Origin: an uncultured Candidatus Cloacimonadota bacterium
Lineage (GTDB): Bacteria; Cloacimonadota; Cloacimonadia; JGIOTU-2
DNA: 60,094 nucleotides
Direction: 5' to 3'
Assembly: GCA_964398885.1 (NCBI GenBank)
Contig: CAYNOU010000003.1
Span: 997 to 61,090, forward strand
Shown here: positions 59,588-60,094 of the stretch, piece after piece
Position numbering within the stretch: the first letter of the stretch is position 1
Layout of the letters: every line of letters begins with the position of its first letter
Position numbers and translations under genes: made by a program
The notes under the pieces: model-generated
Told to the model about the DNA's origin: nothing
Databases searched by the model: none
What the model saw: only the letters and a program-made list of their open reading frames with translations

Positions 59588-59715
59588 GCCACAAAGACTC
59601 AATCCCCGCGGACGTGGGGACACAAAGGGTTAATACAAATTTTATTTGCTGTAAAAATTTGTTTGTTGACAGAGGAAATGATTTTATATTCTTGGTGCCT
59701 TAGTGCCTTTGTGGC
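59588..59715. repeat. 128-bp GCCACAAAG...CTTTGTGGC element with nested TCCCCGCGGACGTGGGGA
   Basis: 9-bp terminal inverted repeats; nested palindrome at 59603-59620. Confidence 0.8.
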
Positions 59716-59726
59716 AGAAAGCTAAT

Positions 59727-60094
59727 ATGGAAAAGAAAATAAGAATTTTAATTGCAAAACCTGGCTTAGATGGACACGATAGGGGAGCAAAATTTGTTGC
59801 CCGTGCCCTTCGCGATGCTGGTTATGAAATTATCTATACCGGTATTAGACAAACACCAGAACAAATAGTTAATGCTGCAATTCAAGAAGACGTTGACTTT
59901 TTAGGAATGAGTATTCTATCTGGCGCTCATAAAGTCCTCTTTTCTAAAGTAATGAAACTTCTTAAAGAGAAAGGTGCAGAGGACATAATTGTGTTTGGCG
60001 GCGGAGTTATTCCTGAGGATGATATTCCTTATCTGAAAGATATTGGAGTTAAAGCAATCTTTACCCCAGGCACCAAATCAAAAGAAATTATTGA
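59727..60094 (+). CDS. Methylmalonyl-CoA mutase cobalamin-binding subunit (3'-truncated by window)
   Basis: Translated by hand as [22 protein letters not shown]..., with the DxHxxG B12 motif. Not in the ORF track. Confidence 0.93.
   Translation, partial: MEKKIRILIAKPGLDGHDRGAKFVARALRDAGYEIIYTGIRQTPEQIVNAAIQEDVDFLGMSILSGAHKVLFSKVMKLLKEKGAEDIIVFGGGVIPEDDIPYLKDIGVKAIFTPGTKSKEII

Noticed and set aside
1590-59715. CRISPR array interpretation of the palindromic repeats
   Set aside because: The repeats are dispersed with no regular repeat-spacer period, and there are no cas genes.

Overview
AT-rich bacterial chromosomal segment with sigma70-type TTGACA promoters and Shine-Dalgarno sites. It carries many secreted proteins with T9SS/Por-type C-terminal sorting domains (CTDs) and a PorU-like sortase, which fits an FCB-group organism such as Cloacimonadota (inference). 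Contents in order: batD/batE; a poly-gamma-glutamate operon (capB-capC-pgsW plus a secreted protein and a probable outer-membrane barrel); a probable type II R-M pair; a DUF4258/zinc-finger TA-like pair; maf; proS; an 18-kb tandem array of CTD cargo genes (a C25 gingipain-like gene broken by an in-frame TAG, three paralogous FN3/adhesin-like genes, a CapA-PKD-CTD protein, a frameshifted C10 homologue, a beta-helix protein); dinB; a four-helix-bundle gene flanked by inverted repeats; obgE; dprA; a lone groES; LysM-M23; acyP; a GlmL-like ATPase fusion; ABC permeases; four tRNAs; nadK; rpsT; porU; an O-antigen ligase-like gene; methylmalonyl-CoA mutase subunits. The most striking signal is several families of very short (16-60 bp) GC-rich palindromic cassettes. 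They nest inside larger REP/MITE-like hairpins, sit in a terminator loop, and repeatedly occur in frame inside proteins (ProRS editing domain, a thioredoxin, the ligase, and nearly every CTD of the array). No transposase is present in the window.
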